Positions 43,845-60,564 of a stretch of 64,000 nt of DNA are shown here, in pieces. The notes beneath the pieces were generated by a model that saw only the letters and a program-made list of their open reading frames with translations, made no database searches and had not been told where the DNA came from. The position numbers were made by a program, and so were the translations under genes. Every line of letters starts with the position of its first letter. The first letter of the stretch is position 1. The stretch spans positions 1,076,297 to 1,140,296 of the forward strand of contig CM074819.1 of the NCBI GenBank assembly GCA_037447605.1, given 5' to 3'. The stretch comes from Zygnema circumcarinatum SAG 698-1b. Its lineage: Eukaryota > Plantae > Zygnematophyceae.

Positions 43845-45606
43845 AAGAGAGCCAGAGGGAGAGAGGGGAGGGAGAGAGGGAAGGGAGAGAGGGCAGATAG
43901 AGTTCCAGTTAAGCTTGGAATCTCAATATATGGCCTCCAAACTGACAGTCTATCTTATCTATAATCAGTTTAGCATGAGATTGATAGCGATTAGTTTTTT
44001 TAAACAAAGCACTTGAGATCAAGTTCGAAACAGTTGAAAGAAATTCTCTTTGCTGCTTTATTGTGTATTCAAGCAATGTGAAAGCATTGCATAATGAGAG
44101 GAGATTCCTTTTTTTGTACGCACGTGTACTTCATGTTTTCATATATTTTGGGGGCTCGCTCCCTTATGTAGTTCATTACAGTAATTGCGCATGTTCCACT
44201 ACCTCCTCCGATTTCATAAATCTGCGAAAAAACAACGATAGGAAGAGTCAAAAGTAAGAACTATACTTATGTTTCATGAGCATTCAGAGTGAATCACAGC
44301 CCTTCAGATCAGCCATAGATATGCTTTCACTTCATGAATTCCGTAGTTGGGAACACACATGTATTGTTCCCGTTGTTCTTCATTCCAGTTCAAAAGTGAA
44401 AATGCAAATATTGAAAAATAACTGTGGCCTGCACCTGAAGGGGATGAGACTTTTCGTGAAGCCCCAAAATGTACTCCCCAAGAGCGTGTCCGTACCAAGG
44501 CTGCAAAAAGAAAGAAAGGGCCACTTCTCAGAACTACCCAAAAGAGAATTTTCAGTTTTTTAGCTGTGATTCAGCAACCTTTAAATCACCAAAGGTTTGT
44601 GCTAAAGTTGGGAGAAAAGTGTACCTGAAATATCTCCACTGGAGTGAGCCAGGAATTGTTGGATCCTTTGTAAAAACGATCTAACAACTCCCGGTACTCT
44701 TGCCGCCCTGCGTCAAAGAAACAGGGAGGGAAAGGGTGGGAGGGTGAGGGGGAGAGGGGGGAGATGGGGAAAGGGCAAAAAGGGGAGGGGGAGGGGAAGG
44801 GGGAGCGCGAGGGGGAGGGGGAGGGGGAGGGAGGGGAGGGGGGAGGGGGAGGGGGAGGGGGGAAAGGGGAGGGGGAGGGGGGAGAGGGAGAGGGGGAGGG
44901 GGAGAGGGGGAGGGGGAGGGGGAGGGGGGAGGGGGAGGGGGGGAGGGGGGAGGGGGAGGGGGGAGGGGGAGGGGGAGGGGGAGGGGGAGGGGGAGGGGGA
45001 GGGGGAGGGGGAGGGGGGAAGGAGGACTCCCAAATCTCTGTACTGTACCTGCAAGTTTTGCAAAATCAAGTGGATGCGGAATCACTCCAACCACGTCTGG
45101 CTGAGCAGAAAAATAGCCATTGATGGGGTTATAGAGTGAATCTGATATGAAATCTCGCACCTGTTGCAGTGCAGAAGGGGAACCAAATTAAAAGTATATT
45201 TAGGCTGTTTTGACAGTAAAGAATGGATAGGCATTACTCACGACAAAGCGAAATTAAACTAGAGAACTAAATTAGTCTACATTACACTTCAAGAGCATTA
45301 ATATTATCCTTCAGCTAACGTTTCTGACCTCTTCAACGAGCTCGCTCCCTCCTCAGGAAGATTTTCGGAGCCGAGCTTCTAAATTTAGTTAGCTCGTCAG
45401 CAAGAAGATCAACTGGTTGACCAAATTTGACCAACCCTAAAGACTCCTACGGCTGGAGAATGCAGAAAAATGACCACTCACGAGCTGACAGCTGGCAAGC
45501 TCAACACTTTGAGCGGTCGGATCTCCATTTCCTTCCCTTCCCTTTCTACCTTTCTCTCTCTGCACCTGCTCTGGAGCCGTACAAGAAATGGACCTCTGGT
45601 AGCCAT
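39962..45606 (-). CDS. NDUFAF7: NDUFAF7/MidA-like SAM-dependent methyltransferase (DUF185), ~12+ exons; start unresolved (conserved part begins at 45160)
   Basis: [86 protein letters not shown]. Confidence 0.88.
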
Positions 45607-46473
45607 GCAACGACTCAAAGATTCGTTTACCATTTGCAGAATATTTTCGGAACAGACGACGGGCAGGCGCAATCATGCTGACCCTACAGTTGCTTTATTG
45701 AATAAAATGTATAAAAAAAAAAGGTCGAGAAAGGGATAGATTCACATGGTAGAACCTCCGAACCCTAAACGGGTGAATGTGAAACAGTGATGACGATGCT
45801 GACGATGACTTCGGGACTTATGCTGATGCGGCCATGATGATGATAAGCATAATAAACATTTCAATGTGTAAAATGCAAAGAAAATTAATCCAGTACTGTG
45901 CAGAAGTACTCCTTCAGGGATCCATCCCTCCGCCTGCAGCCCTTAAGTGAAGGTTTTTAGGGTTTTTAGGGTTTTAGGGTTGTAAAGGTTTTTACGGTTT
46001 TTAGGGTTTGATGATGCGAGTGCGGGCCATGCATCCATCCGTGGGAGGACATGCATGCATCCATGCGGGGGGCATGCATGGGGGCCCATGGCCATGGCCC
46101 TGGGCCGCGGGCTACAGCCACATAGGAAACTTGTACGATCCAACGTGTCATGTGGACAAATAAGACGATGCCACGTGTTACCACGCTCGCCCAAATCGGA
46201 CGGCGCCGACTCCAAACCGGCGAGGATCGGGAAGTGACCCTTGCTGTCGCCAGAATCAGTGGAACCAATCAGGGCATGCCACGTACCACACGATTTCTGG
46301 TGCGATCGTCTTTGGCCAGACCCTCTTTACGGGACACATGCAAAGTCACCAGTTATTGTTCACTAAGCGAAGAGTCATTACTTGAATAATATGGCTAGCC
46401 ATGGGATTTGACTAGGAGAAAACTCTGGCTCCGTCAATCACCTCACAGATAAAAAAGCCGGACGAGCCATGGC

Positions 46474-47337
46474 CAAGGTTCGTCAAATAGAGGATTTCGG
46501 CTTAAGATAGGGGACTGTCCCCTAACTTGGTTTTGTAAAAACACCTAAATATGGACTGTACGGACGAAACCGTACACGTACGGACGAGAATTTTGTGGAG
46601 ACCACTGCTACCGTCGAGTCTGATTTTTCAGTAATTGGATGGGAGAAAGACGAGTTTCGAAAGAGGTTGACAGACTTTTCATTGGAAGGCATTCTTCACT
46701 GCAAACAGTTTGATAGTTTGACCGCTCTTCGAGGGTCTCTTTGAGTAGTTTGCATCACTTCTATAGCTGTCTTGATCAGCCTAAAACTCCTAAGGGAGTG
46801 AGACCATTTTTCATTTCATTTCTAATTTTAGTTCCTATTTCAGTTCTTCTTTTGTGACTACACCTAAAATTTCAGAGGTTATGATTTGGAATAGAGTTTT
46901 GGTGAGGAAATTTCAAGACTATGATGGATTCTAAAGTGATACTTGGAGTAATTAATGATGGATGGAAAAGGAAATAGAGGGCTTAGGATTGGATCTACAA
47001 AGTTTCAATGCAATTGGGTTTTTGAATAAGCAACTATATGTTGTGATTGCCAAATGCACAGTTGTTCTAATTGATTGGTAAAATTTACCAATCTATAAGA
47101 GTCGAAGAGGTTGCACCAGTTTCTAAAGCCGTGTTGTTATACCAACAAGTAAAGTTCATATACATCATTGCTATCGTGGTTGCAAATGCAATTCATTTCC
47201 TTTTTGTTTTTAACCAAAAAATGCTTTTTTGGGGCTTGTGTGGTATTTAAGTTGAAATCACGTAAACTAATCTCAAAATCTTACATAAATAAGCTATTTA
47301 CGATATTTAGGGGATCTCCCCTATTTGACGAACCCTG
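46474..47337. mobile_element. Non-autonomous hAT-like DNA transposon (864 bp) with 17-bp TIRs and 8-bp TSD
   Basis: Left end CAAGGTTCGTCAAATAG, right end CTATTTGACGAACCCTG (16/17 complementary). GCCATGGC flanks both sides (46466-46473 and 47338-47345). No transposase ORF. Confidence 0.8.
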
Positions 47338-48445
47338 GCCATGGCCAATAGTGGATGGAAACGTGGCGCTAGTGGGAAATTTCACGATGTCGATTTCAAA
47401 CACTTTTTCGGGCAACAAATAAATTCCGTGTTTCGTTTTCTTTCATTGCAGGCGCGGGTACCAGAAAGCCAGAAAATGTTTATTTTTGACCGCGGGCAGG
47501 CTGAACGTTCAACGGTCAGTCTATCGTCGGGAAATGTTCGACAAGCGCACATGATATGCCACGTGGCATCAAGGCATTCGCTAGAAAAGTACTTGTTTTT
47601 TTTCTTTTCACCGTCGCCGGCTTTCGTGGGAGCTCGCCCGGTTCCCCGCGGTCTAAAAAATTCTCAAGCCAAATTATACGCCGTCGCTAATAATACTAAT
47701 CGCTAATGTACTGAACGCCATCCGCTTCAGCTAGTGCCAACGAATTGTGAACGGCCACGTGGCAAGTCACCAGCTTCCCGCCTGCCCGCCAATGTCGGGC
47801 AGCCCCTCTCGGGCTCCTAATCGCTGCTCAAAATCTCGATCGAAAGAAAGCCGGCCATTCTGAACGCATGCAAAGCGGCTTCAAGTGTAGCGAGCCGCTT
47901 ACATATAATCCTAGAGCGGTACATGCAGGTTTATTCACATGGTGTGAGCAACAACCATGGTCGTCGGTATCATGTTCCGCTGCCACAGCCTCCACCAATT
48001 GCACAGAACCCACTGGTATAGAGCATGCGCGCCATGCACCCAAACGTGGATCATGTTGGTGTATGATTTTCCGTACAGTCGATATTATGGGATTTGGTCA
48101 ATGTGTACGGATGTACGGCCAGGTGAAATAAATAGTACGCTTCTTGTTTGGCGGGTAGCACGGGATGCCACCGGTTGGCTGCGCCAATTGGGGCAGCCAA
48201 TTTGGGACTACCACGTGGCAATTAGGGTTACAGGCTGGATGGAGGATGGAGGCAGGAGGCAGGAACTGCAAGGAGGCAGCGCAGAGGAGGACGAGCTCCC
48301 GGGCTCACCGGGCGGCGGACATGGCCAGCCGAGCAGCCAGCAAGCGGAGGACGAGGGCCAGGGCGGGAGCCAGGGCGGGCGTCGAGGCGAGCGAGGAGCG
48401 GCGGACATGGAGGCGAATTATTGGAGCGGTGGGAGTGCGGCCGAA

Positions 48446-48746
48446 TGAGGAGTTGCGGCTCCCCTTTAGGGCTTAGGCATAAATAGTGCTTAGTGCTTAG
48501 CTTAGGTTTAACCCTCTTCTGTTTGCTGTGTGCAATCAGCCCTTGTGTAGGCTGGATAGAGGAGGTGGGAGCTTGGGTAGCTCAGGTTTGTTCTCTGGGA
48601 TTAAAGGGGGTGCTTAAAGGATAGTGCAAGGCTGAGTGCTGAACATATTCTTTGTAATCATTCCGATTATTCTTAATGGAGTTTTAGGCTTAGTGCTTTC
48701 TCCAAAAGCTTCTCAGTGTATGTTTTATTCCCTTGCATATTCCTCA
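48446..48746 (+). mobile_element. Possible solo-LTR or LTR fragment
   Basis: Ends TGAGGA...TCCTCA, TATA-like CATAAATAG at ~48478, T-rich 3' part. No TSD (CCGAA vs GTCTG), so the true 5' end may lie further upstream. Confidence 0.3.
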
Positions 48747-49056
48747 GTCTGAAATGTCTACAGCGGCAACTGAGGGGACATCAGATGGGGGGTCTAACTC
48801 TAACAGATCACACGGTTTGTTACTCGGCATTGCGCATGGGATAGGGTGAAATTCCGACATGGCGATTCCGAACTCCGGCTCCCGGTCTTTACCGCCAGTA
48901 TAAGGTCCAACGGGGGGGATGTATTTGGGGTGGCGGCAGAGCACCCAGGCTCTGCTAGATTCACTAGCATTTGAAATTCTGGTTTTTAAAAAAATTGGTC
49001 TCGCCTCAAAAAATGTACGGATTCCCAAGTTCTATCCCAGTTCAAGTTAGCTGCAG

Positions 49057-49711
49057 GATGGCCATCCGAGGAAACATGAACATGATAACCATCATAACCA
49101 TGACTATGAGGATCATGCGAAACCACATGCCCATCATGATGGGCCATGCCATCGAGGCCACTATCAGGAAGGGACTCTCGAGTACCTTTTATCTGGCTAA
49201 TCCATACATATTATTTTTGCGTGTAGTGGAGTCGCTACAGGACTTAATTACGATTCATTTGAAGCTACGATTCGGAGTTGAAGTTTGTTTGCATGCGCTC
49301 ACAACCCATTGCTTTCTGAATGTTTGCTTTGCTTGTTTGTGCAGCGCGGGTGTAGCAAAGCACTCCGAGCCTGAGCTTCAAATGCTGAGTGAAATCCCAC
49401 ATCTGGAAGAGGTGGAGCATTATACATCGTCTCCAGTGTGCCACCCTCTTCCTGGAAGGTATGTGTGCCCCCCTTTACATGCCCGATGATGGCCATTGCT
49501 ATTAGTATTATAAAAATTCATTGTGAAATTTTGGATGTGACCCAATAACCCTCCAAGAGTTCACCTTAATCCAATTTCTTTGCCTGTATTACCTTACCTA
49601 CCATAGTTTACATTCTGTTTGGTCATGCTTGGAGCTTACAGGCATCCAGCAAGAGCTTGGCGGAAATTCTCGAAGATTGGGAGGAGTCAAATGTTTGCAG
49701 AGCTCACGTGA
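49057..49711 (+). pseudogene. Putative spliced His-rich orphan gene fragment (exons 49057-49181, 49345-49458, 49642-49711)
   Basis: AG/GT boundaries with compatible phases; first exon has 12 His in 41 codons; no recognisable homology and no secure start codon. Confidence 0.3.
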
Positions 49712-49839
49712 AGCTCGGTGGAGAAATCACGCACATTGTACTGTGAAAATACCTCGGAAAGGTGAAGGGGAGAGCCGACAGTTACGGCGAGCAGAGCATC
49801 GTCCATGAGGGCGAGTTTGACAAGACATTGTTCGCATGC

Positions 49840-50060
49840 CCAACAACTGCAACGGGTCGAACCATGGGATGGACCATTCGAATCATTGCAAACCATTGGT
49901 TGGCGGCCCCCAACTATTGGCAATGGGAATCAATGGTTGCTGCCATCTGTTGTCGGCAACCACGGGCATGACAAGCCAACCATTGCCAATTGTCCGACCA
50001 TTTTCAACTAATGGTTGCCAACCATTAGAATGATTGCCAACATTGGTTGCCATTGGCCGT
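49840..50060. repeat. Diverged remnant of the CCAATGG..CCATTGG minisatellite family
   Basis: AGCCAACCATTGCCAAT, AATGGTTGCCAACCATT and AATCAATGGTTGC match units in 7229-11731. Confidence 0.6.
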
Positions 50061-51112
50061 CACGCCAGCCGGCAGTCCCCGACAAACGGTCCCGCCAGAA
50101 ACACGGCTGGCTCCGTATGATAATGACGTCACTTTTGGAAAAAAGGTTGCAGTGACGCACGTTCGGTACGGTTTGCAGGTCCAGCGCTACTGTCGGCTAC
50201 AGTATTGGTTGATTCACCGGTTGCTTTCATCCAATGACGACTCGCCACGTGCACCTTGAAATCTGGAAGTCTTGCAAAAAGTCCGCGTTCCTCTTTCGAA
50301 TACTGTTCTTAAGCAGTACTTTTAAAGTGGACAATGTATTCTCTTTCGTAAGAAACAGTATTTATTTTGAATTTTTTTTTTTGAATGTTTCTAACAAGCC
50401 AATTTTGACATCGCCTAATGTCCTTGAGAATTGTTCTAAAAACAGTACTTTTTAAATTTTATCAGTAACCTAGAAATATACAAAAGGATACTGCATCTGA
50501 GTTCGACTTCTTTGGGAATTCTTAAAATACGAATCCCCGTTGAGAATATCCGCAAAGTATTTGGGTACCCGATTCGATTTGCCTTTTTATGTTTCGAAGC
50601 TTCCGCGGTCCTTCTGAATTTCGTACGAAAATCATAAATGCTCGTACTGTACCGTAAAACCGTTGCACTTCGCACGCACGTGCGGAAAATTCGACGGCCG
50701 GCAGCCGCCGGCGCGGGGGCCGGCGACGGGCGGCCTTCAAATAGGGGCGGGGCGGAGAGCGAGAGGGAGAGGGGGAGTGGCACGGAGGGAGATACGGTAG
50801 GGAGAGAGGGAGAGAGGGGCGCGAGTGAGACAGAGAGGAGCGTGAGGGAGAGGGGGAGAGGGACGGAGGGAGATACGGTAGAGAGAGAGGGAGAGAGGGG
50901 CGCGAGAAAGATAGAGAGGAGAGAGAGGGAGAGGGGAAGAGGGAGGGAAAAATAGAGAGAGAGGGTCGCGAGAGAGAGAGAGGGAGAGAGCGAGAGGGAG
51001 AGAAGAGGTGCGATATTGAGTGGGGGTAGGGAAATTGTACGGGGGAGAGAGAGTGGGGAGAGAGTGAGAGAGAGTGAGAGAGGGGAGTTCTTGCAGCGCA
51101 TTGCAGAGGGCG

Positions 51113-55277
<4,165 letters not shown>

Positions 55278-56969
55278 GATGACGATGAACAATTTCGGAT
55301 GTGCGGCAAAAGAGTTTCAGAACTTACTGGCTGCTTTCGATGCGACTGTGGCCCTATTCAATGCTGGGCTAAAGTTGAAGATTTTGAAGTAGGTTCTCTT
55401 CGGAATGAAGTTTTACTGCAAAGGGCCGACGATAGAGGGAGGGAGGGCAGTAGCGAGACGTTCTTCATTTTTCGTTTGCGCTTTGCTTTTTGTACATTTT
55501 TATATATATCTTTAGTTTGGTTTTGATCCTTCTTCAAGCTTTTCAAGAAACTTGCATATTCGTGGATAATGAACCCTTGAAATGTTGGATGATAAAACGG
55601 TGGCTGATGCTTGCGTCTGCACGCTTTTCTCATATTGAAAAGTATCAACATGGCTTCTGGCAATGTAGAAAAGATGACAATTTGAGAGGCTCAATTGCTC
55701 AAGTGAGATGGTCCACTTCCACTTGCAATGGTATCTAGCACTATTTCTAAAGAAGCAACATTTTGATAATTATTCTACTTGCCATATTTTAACTAAGGCC
55801 CCCGTCCTCTCCACCTGCAAACTACAAGAGAGCACCTTCCTGTTCGAGTCCTCTCCTCTGAACTTGTGAGCTACAAGCAGGGCATGGCCCGGCGAGAGGA
55901 GGGAAGAGAGAGAGAGAGAGAGAGGGAGAGAGGGGGAGAGGGGGAGGGAGGGAGGCGGCCTCTCTCACATTCGATATGGAGCTCGGCAAGTATCCTCTCT
56001 CCTTCCCGTGGGAGCCGGCCGGACGACTCATCCGCGAGATAAAGGCGCGGAAAAAGGAAAAAATCCGTTTGGTGTCGGAGGCTTCTGTGAAGGAATCGTT
56101 CGTCAAGCGGAAGAGGAGAGAGAGAAAGGGAGAGAGAGAGCGAGAGAGAGTAAACGAGAGAGAGGGGGAGAGGAAAGTGGTAGAGAGAGAGAGAGCGAGC
56201 GAGAGAGAGAGAGGGGGGAAGGAGAGAGGAGAGAATAGAGAGAGAGGGAGAGTGAGAGCGGGAGAGAGAGAGGGGAAGTTCCTCCGCCTTCCCTGCTCCC
56301 CTTGCCGCCGTGCCCTTCGGTTTGTGGTTTCGTCCCCGAGTTGCAAACCGCCCTCCAAGTTTCAAACCGGATCCGCTCGTGCGAGCCAACGCTGGGATTG
56401 CTCCGTACAGAATGGAAACAATGCTGGTCCATGAAACCATGGATGGTGGCATTTTGTTGCAACAACTCAATTTTGTTGTTGTCTAGACATACAGCAGGGA
56501 GCCATGTGCAGACAAAAACACAACGCTCCGTTATACAAGCACTTGATATCATTGACCAATTACACGCCGCCACGTGAATTTTAATGTCGAAAAATATCTA
56601 CGTGGCGAGTTCTGATTGGAAAACGGCGCGTTCACACAGAACCTGAGGTGTCCTCGGAAAACGCGAAATCCAACACTGAGAACTGACGTGGCATATGAAG
56701 TCAATTGCAGTCAAGGCCATTCTTCCATTGAATTCACGTGGCACATTTCAATTCGCTGAAAATTCTCGTTTCATGATCGGACGGAATGCCGGACCCTAAA
56801 AGCACCAGAAACTCAGTTTCTCACAAAAAACCGAGTTTGCAGTACGACCATAAAGGTACAGTTTGGATAGTACTTGATTGTACGGCCTGCAGGCGAACAA
56901 CGGGAGAGGGAGGGAGAGGGAAAGGAGGAGAGGGAGAGGGCGAGGGAGAAAGAAGCAGGAGAGGGGGGC

Positions 56970-59900
56970 ATGGCGGCTGCTCGCGTGCTTCTTCCCGCCG
57001 CTGCCACGTGGAGGGGGTCTCACTATGCAGGCATTTGCGCGTAGGTGTTCCGTGTCGCTGCTTCCAGTTTCAGTCAGGAGTGACGCAGTGCTGCAGGGCG
57101 GGCAGGGAGGGGGATCATGAGAGTGTTTGCTTGCAGGGCTGTTTGGGTCTGAAGGGATGTGGCAGGATAGGAACGATGAATTGAGGGTTTTTATTTGAAT
57201 ATTTTTGTAAAGATGTTGAATTCCGTTGGTTGATTGATGTCCGGAGGCTTTGACGCGAGTAATTGAGGAATTATGCTTGCTGAATTTTGAATTGAAGTTC
57301 AATTGGATATTATCTGTATTATCTGTCGACGGTTGTCCTTTGATTGATGGCGCTCAGTGAGCTCCAGCAGCGCTCTGGATTGCAGCTCTTGTCAATTGAG
57401 CCGCTTTTGGTGCCCACCTCGAGGTCAATTGTATGCCAATTCATGCATTTCTTATTCAGAATTGTTTTGAAACCCTCATCGCAAACTATTGGAGAGTAAT
57501 AACACTGAGTGGAAGTTTTGAAAAGGCGCGCAGCCGCATCAAAGCAAGCGTTGACTTGCTGCAGGTCGTTTAGTTAGTCAGCCAGTCAGAGGTGGTGACT
57601 ATCCAAGATAAAATTTTCTCGTCATTTTTTTATATCGAAAAGATAACAAAGGATAAGTTATACAATTTGACTGCGTGTGCCCCAACTTCCTATCGTCACG
57701 TCTTGCCTGTGTTTCCGTGTGAATTATTGTATGCAAAAGGCGGGTTTCTATGTGCTCTTGATCAGTCCTCAGCCTCCGTAGGAAGCTCAGATTGTTAGAG
57801 CTGATCCCCAGAAGAGGGTTCAGAAGGCATTACTTCAACCAATAGGTACTATCAGTAATGATGATAATTATAGATAATGATGATGGCGGTGTGTAGTATT
57901 CCTGTTCGACTTTAAAAAAAAAGGCATCTTGAGAAACACAAAAGAGCAAGTTGTCGAATAAAGGGCTCGCAAGTTCGCTCTCTATTTCAGTCTGTGACAT
58001 TCTTTTTTCTCCTCATGAAAAGGGAGGTCCTGCAATTGCAGTCCCCTTGGGAAAGCCCTCAAAGAATGCTGCTATGGGTGGCATGCATGTGCAGCTCTGG
58101 AGAGGTTCGTTTTGGCAGCACATTCATGACACATGTCTCCGTTTCACGGTTGAATCAGCGCAGCAAACTGCAGCCAGTAGTAACTGCCACACCAGGTACA
58201 CTTATCTTTACTGATTTTCCGGATTTTTTTCAGAAAATATTCCATTTCTTTTGCGGAAAAGCACGTCAGTGTTCCGTCTCGTTCTATCCTTTACTTTCCC
58301 TTTCCCATTTCTCCCGACTTTCTTCAACGATCCGTACCTTCTATCGTGGCAAAAAATCGCCGTTTTTCACATGTGCTCTTCTTGTTGCTTCTGCCATGCA
58401 GCCAATGGCCGGCCCCTACTGCCTATCTATGCCAAAAAGAAAGAGAGGGAGAAGGGGGGAGGAGAGGAGGAGGAGGAAGGAGCCATCTCTGTGAAGACAA
58501 GCAAACAGAAGGGAAAGGAGGGGGGCCCCAATAATGAAAACGTTATTTCCGAAGCTTTTGCAGCCCTAAACGGGAAGAATGTGGAGTCTGAAAAATCCGG
58601 AAAAGAGCAAAAAAGCTCCAAACATGGGCATGATCATGATGGAAATGTGGCACATTTTTTGAAGCCAAATTTCGGGGAAATTCAGGCGACTGCTCATTAT
58701 CCGGATTCGCTAGAAGCACATGCTGGGGTAAAGGAACATCCTAAGAAGAAAAAGGACTATTCGTATTCTAAGGAGCTTGAACGCTTGCAGGTATTGTTGT
58801 GTCAGAAACCAGCTTTTTGTATAGTCCATTTTTTATGCGTAGATGATGTTTTTTGTAGTAGTGAGAAGGGCCTTGCTCCACTTGCTCTGAGAAATGTAAC
58901 AAGCTCCCCCTCCCCCTCCCCCTCCCCCTCTCCCCCCTTCTCCCCCTTCGCTCCTTCCCCCTGTCTTCCTCTGCCACTCCCCCCCACCCCTTTCCCCTCC
59001 CCCTCTGCCCCTCGCCCCTACCCCCTCTCCCTCTACCCCTCCCCCTCCCACTCCCGCTCTCCTCGGACGAGGGTTCTCTCATCTCTGATTGGCTGAGGGG
59101 TGTGGTCTATTTGCAGCTTGAGCTGGTGAAGTTGCAGGAGTGGATTGTCACCAAAGGTGAGGGGGAAAAACCGACTGTCAGTGGTTTCTGCCATGCAATT
59201 TCTTCAATTTTGAAGAAAAGATCTTAAAAGGGATCTTGATACTTTTCTCTGCAAATTGGGACCCAAAAACTGACAGAGGTGAAAAAAAAAAATTCTTTGC
59301 AGGTCTGAAAGTGGTGGTTATATTTGAAGGGAGAGACGCTGCAGGAAAGGGAGGTGAGAGAGCCTCTCTCTCTCTCCATCGTCTCTCTCCCTCTTCTCTA
59401 TCATCAAACCCAGCACAAAGCAAATGCTTCACTATCAACTGGTTGAGCCTCCAAATACCCTCCAACTTCTCAATCATTTATCTAGTTTATATATATGTAT
59501 ATACATATATGTAAATATGTATCTCTGCCCTCTTCCTTTTATAGCAATTATATGCGATTTTCCGTATGCTTGCAGGGATAATCAAGACCATTACGGAGCC
59601 TCTGAACCCTCGAGTCTGTTCCGTACATGCTCTTTCTAAACCCTCGGATCGAGAAAAAACGCAATGGTACTTCCAGAGATATATCGCCCACTTGCCTGCT
59701 GCCGGCGAGGTACTTCTTCTGACCTCCACCAATCTCTACCAGTTTCTTTTATTTTTTTTTGCCAATTTCAATGTTCTACCGTCACATTTTCGGCATTTAG
59801 CGAACCGAAGTTTCTGCTTTTCATGGATGAGTCTGTTGTACGGAAATGCAGATGGTTATTTTCGACCGCAGTTGGTACAACCGTGCCGGAGTTGAAAAGG

Positions 59901-60405
59901 TACACCCTCACATTAGCAAAGGGAAGTCTTATTCTTATTCTTGTTATAAGAGCAAACATCATCCTCACATTAGCAAAGAAGCCCTCGTTCTTATTCTTGT
60001 CATTAGTGCCAACATCACCTTCAAAGCCCGAAAGAGAGTGTCCCCTTCAATTCTATTTTCTTGAGCTAAAGTCTTTGTTTCAAAAGATTAACATAATTGA
60101 ATCTAAAGGTAACCCCAATTTCTCTCCATCTTTTCCCATACCAGTTATCTGTAAAGGGGCTCGATTAAAGTTAACACTAGTAGCTCTCTCCGTTAACACT
60201 AGTTCCTTTATAACTAGCCATTCCCAGCACCCTTTCTTTCTTTCAGGTGATGGGTTTCTGCACGGAGGAAGAGTACAAGGAGTTTCTGAGGTCTTGTCCG
60301 GAGTTTGAGAGAATGTTGGTGAGGTCAGGGGTCCATTTGATAAAGTATTGGATCTCTGTCAGTCCGGAGGAGCAGCTCAAACGTTTTGAGGTGAACTCTC
60401 CTTCA

Positions 60406-60438
<33 letters not shown>

Positions 60439-60531
60439 TATCATCGTCATCATCATCATCATCATCATCATTATCATCATCATCATCATCATCATCATTA
60501 TTATCATCAACATCATCATCATCATCATCAA

Positions 60532-60564
<33 letters not shown>

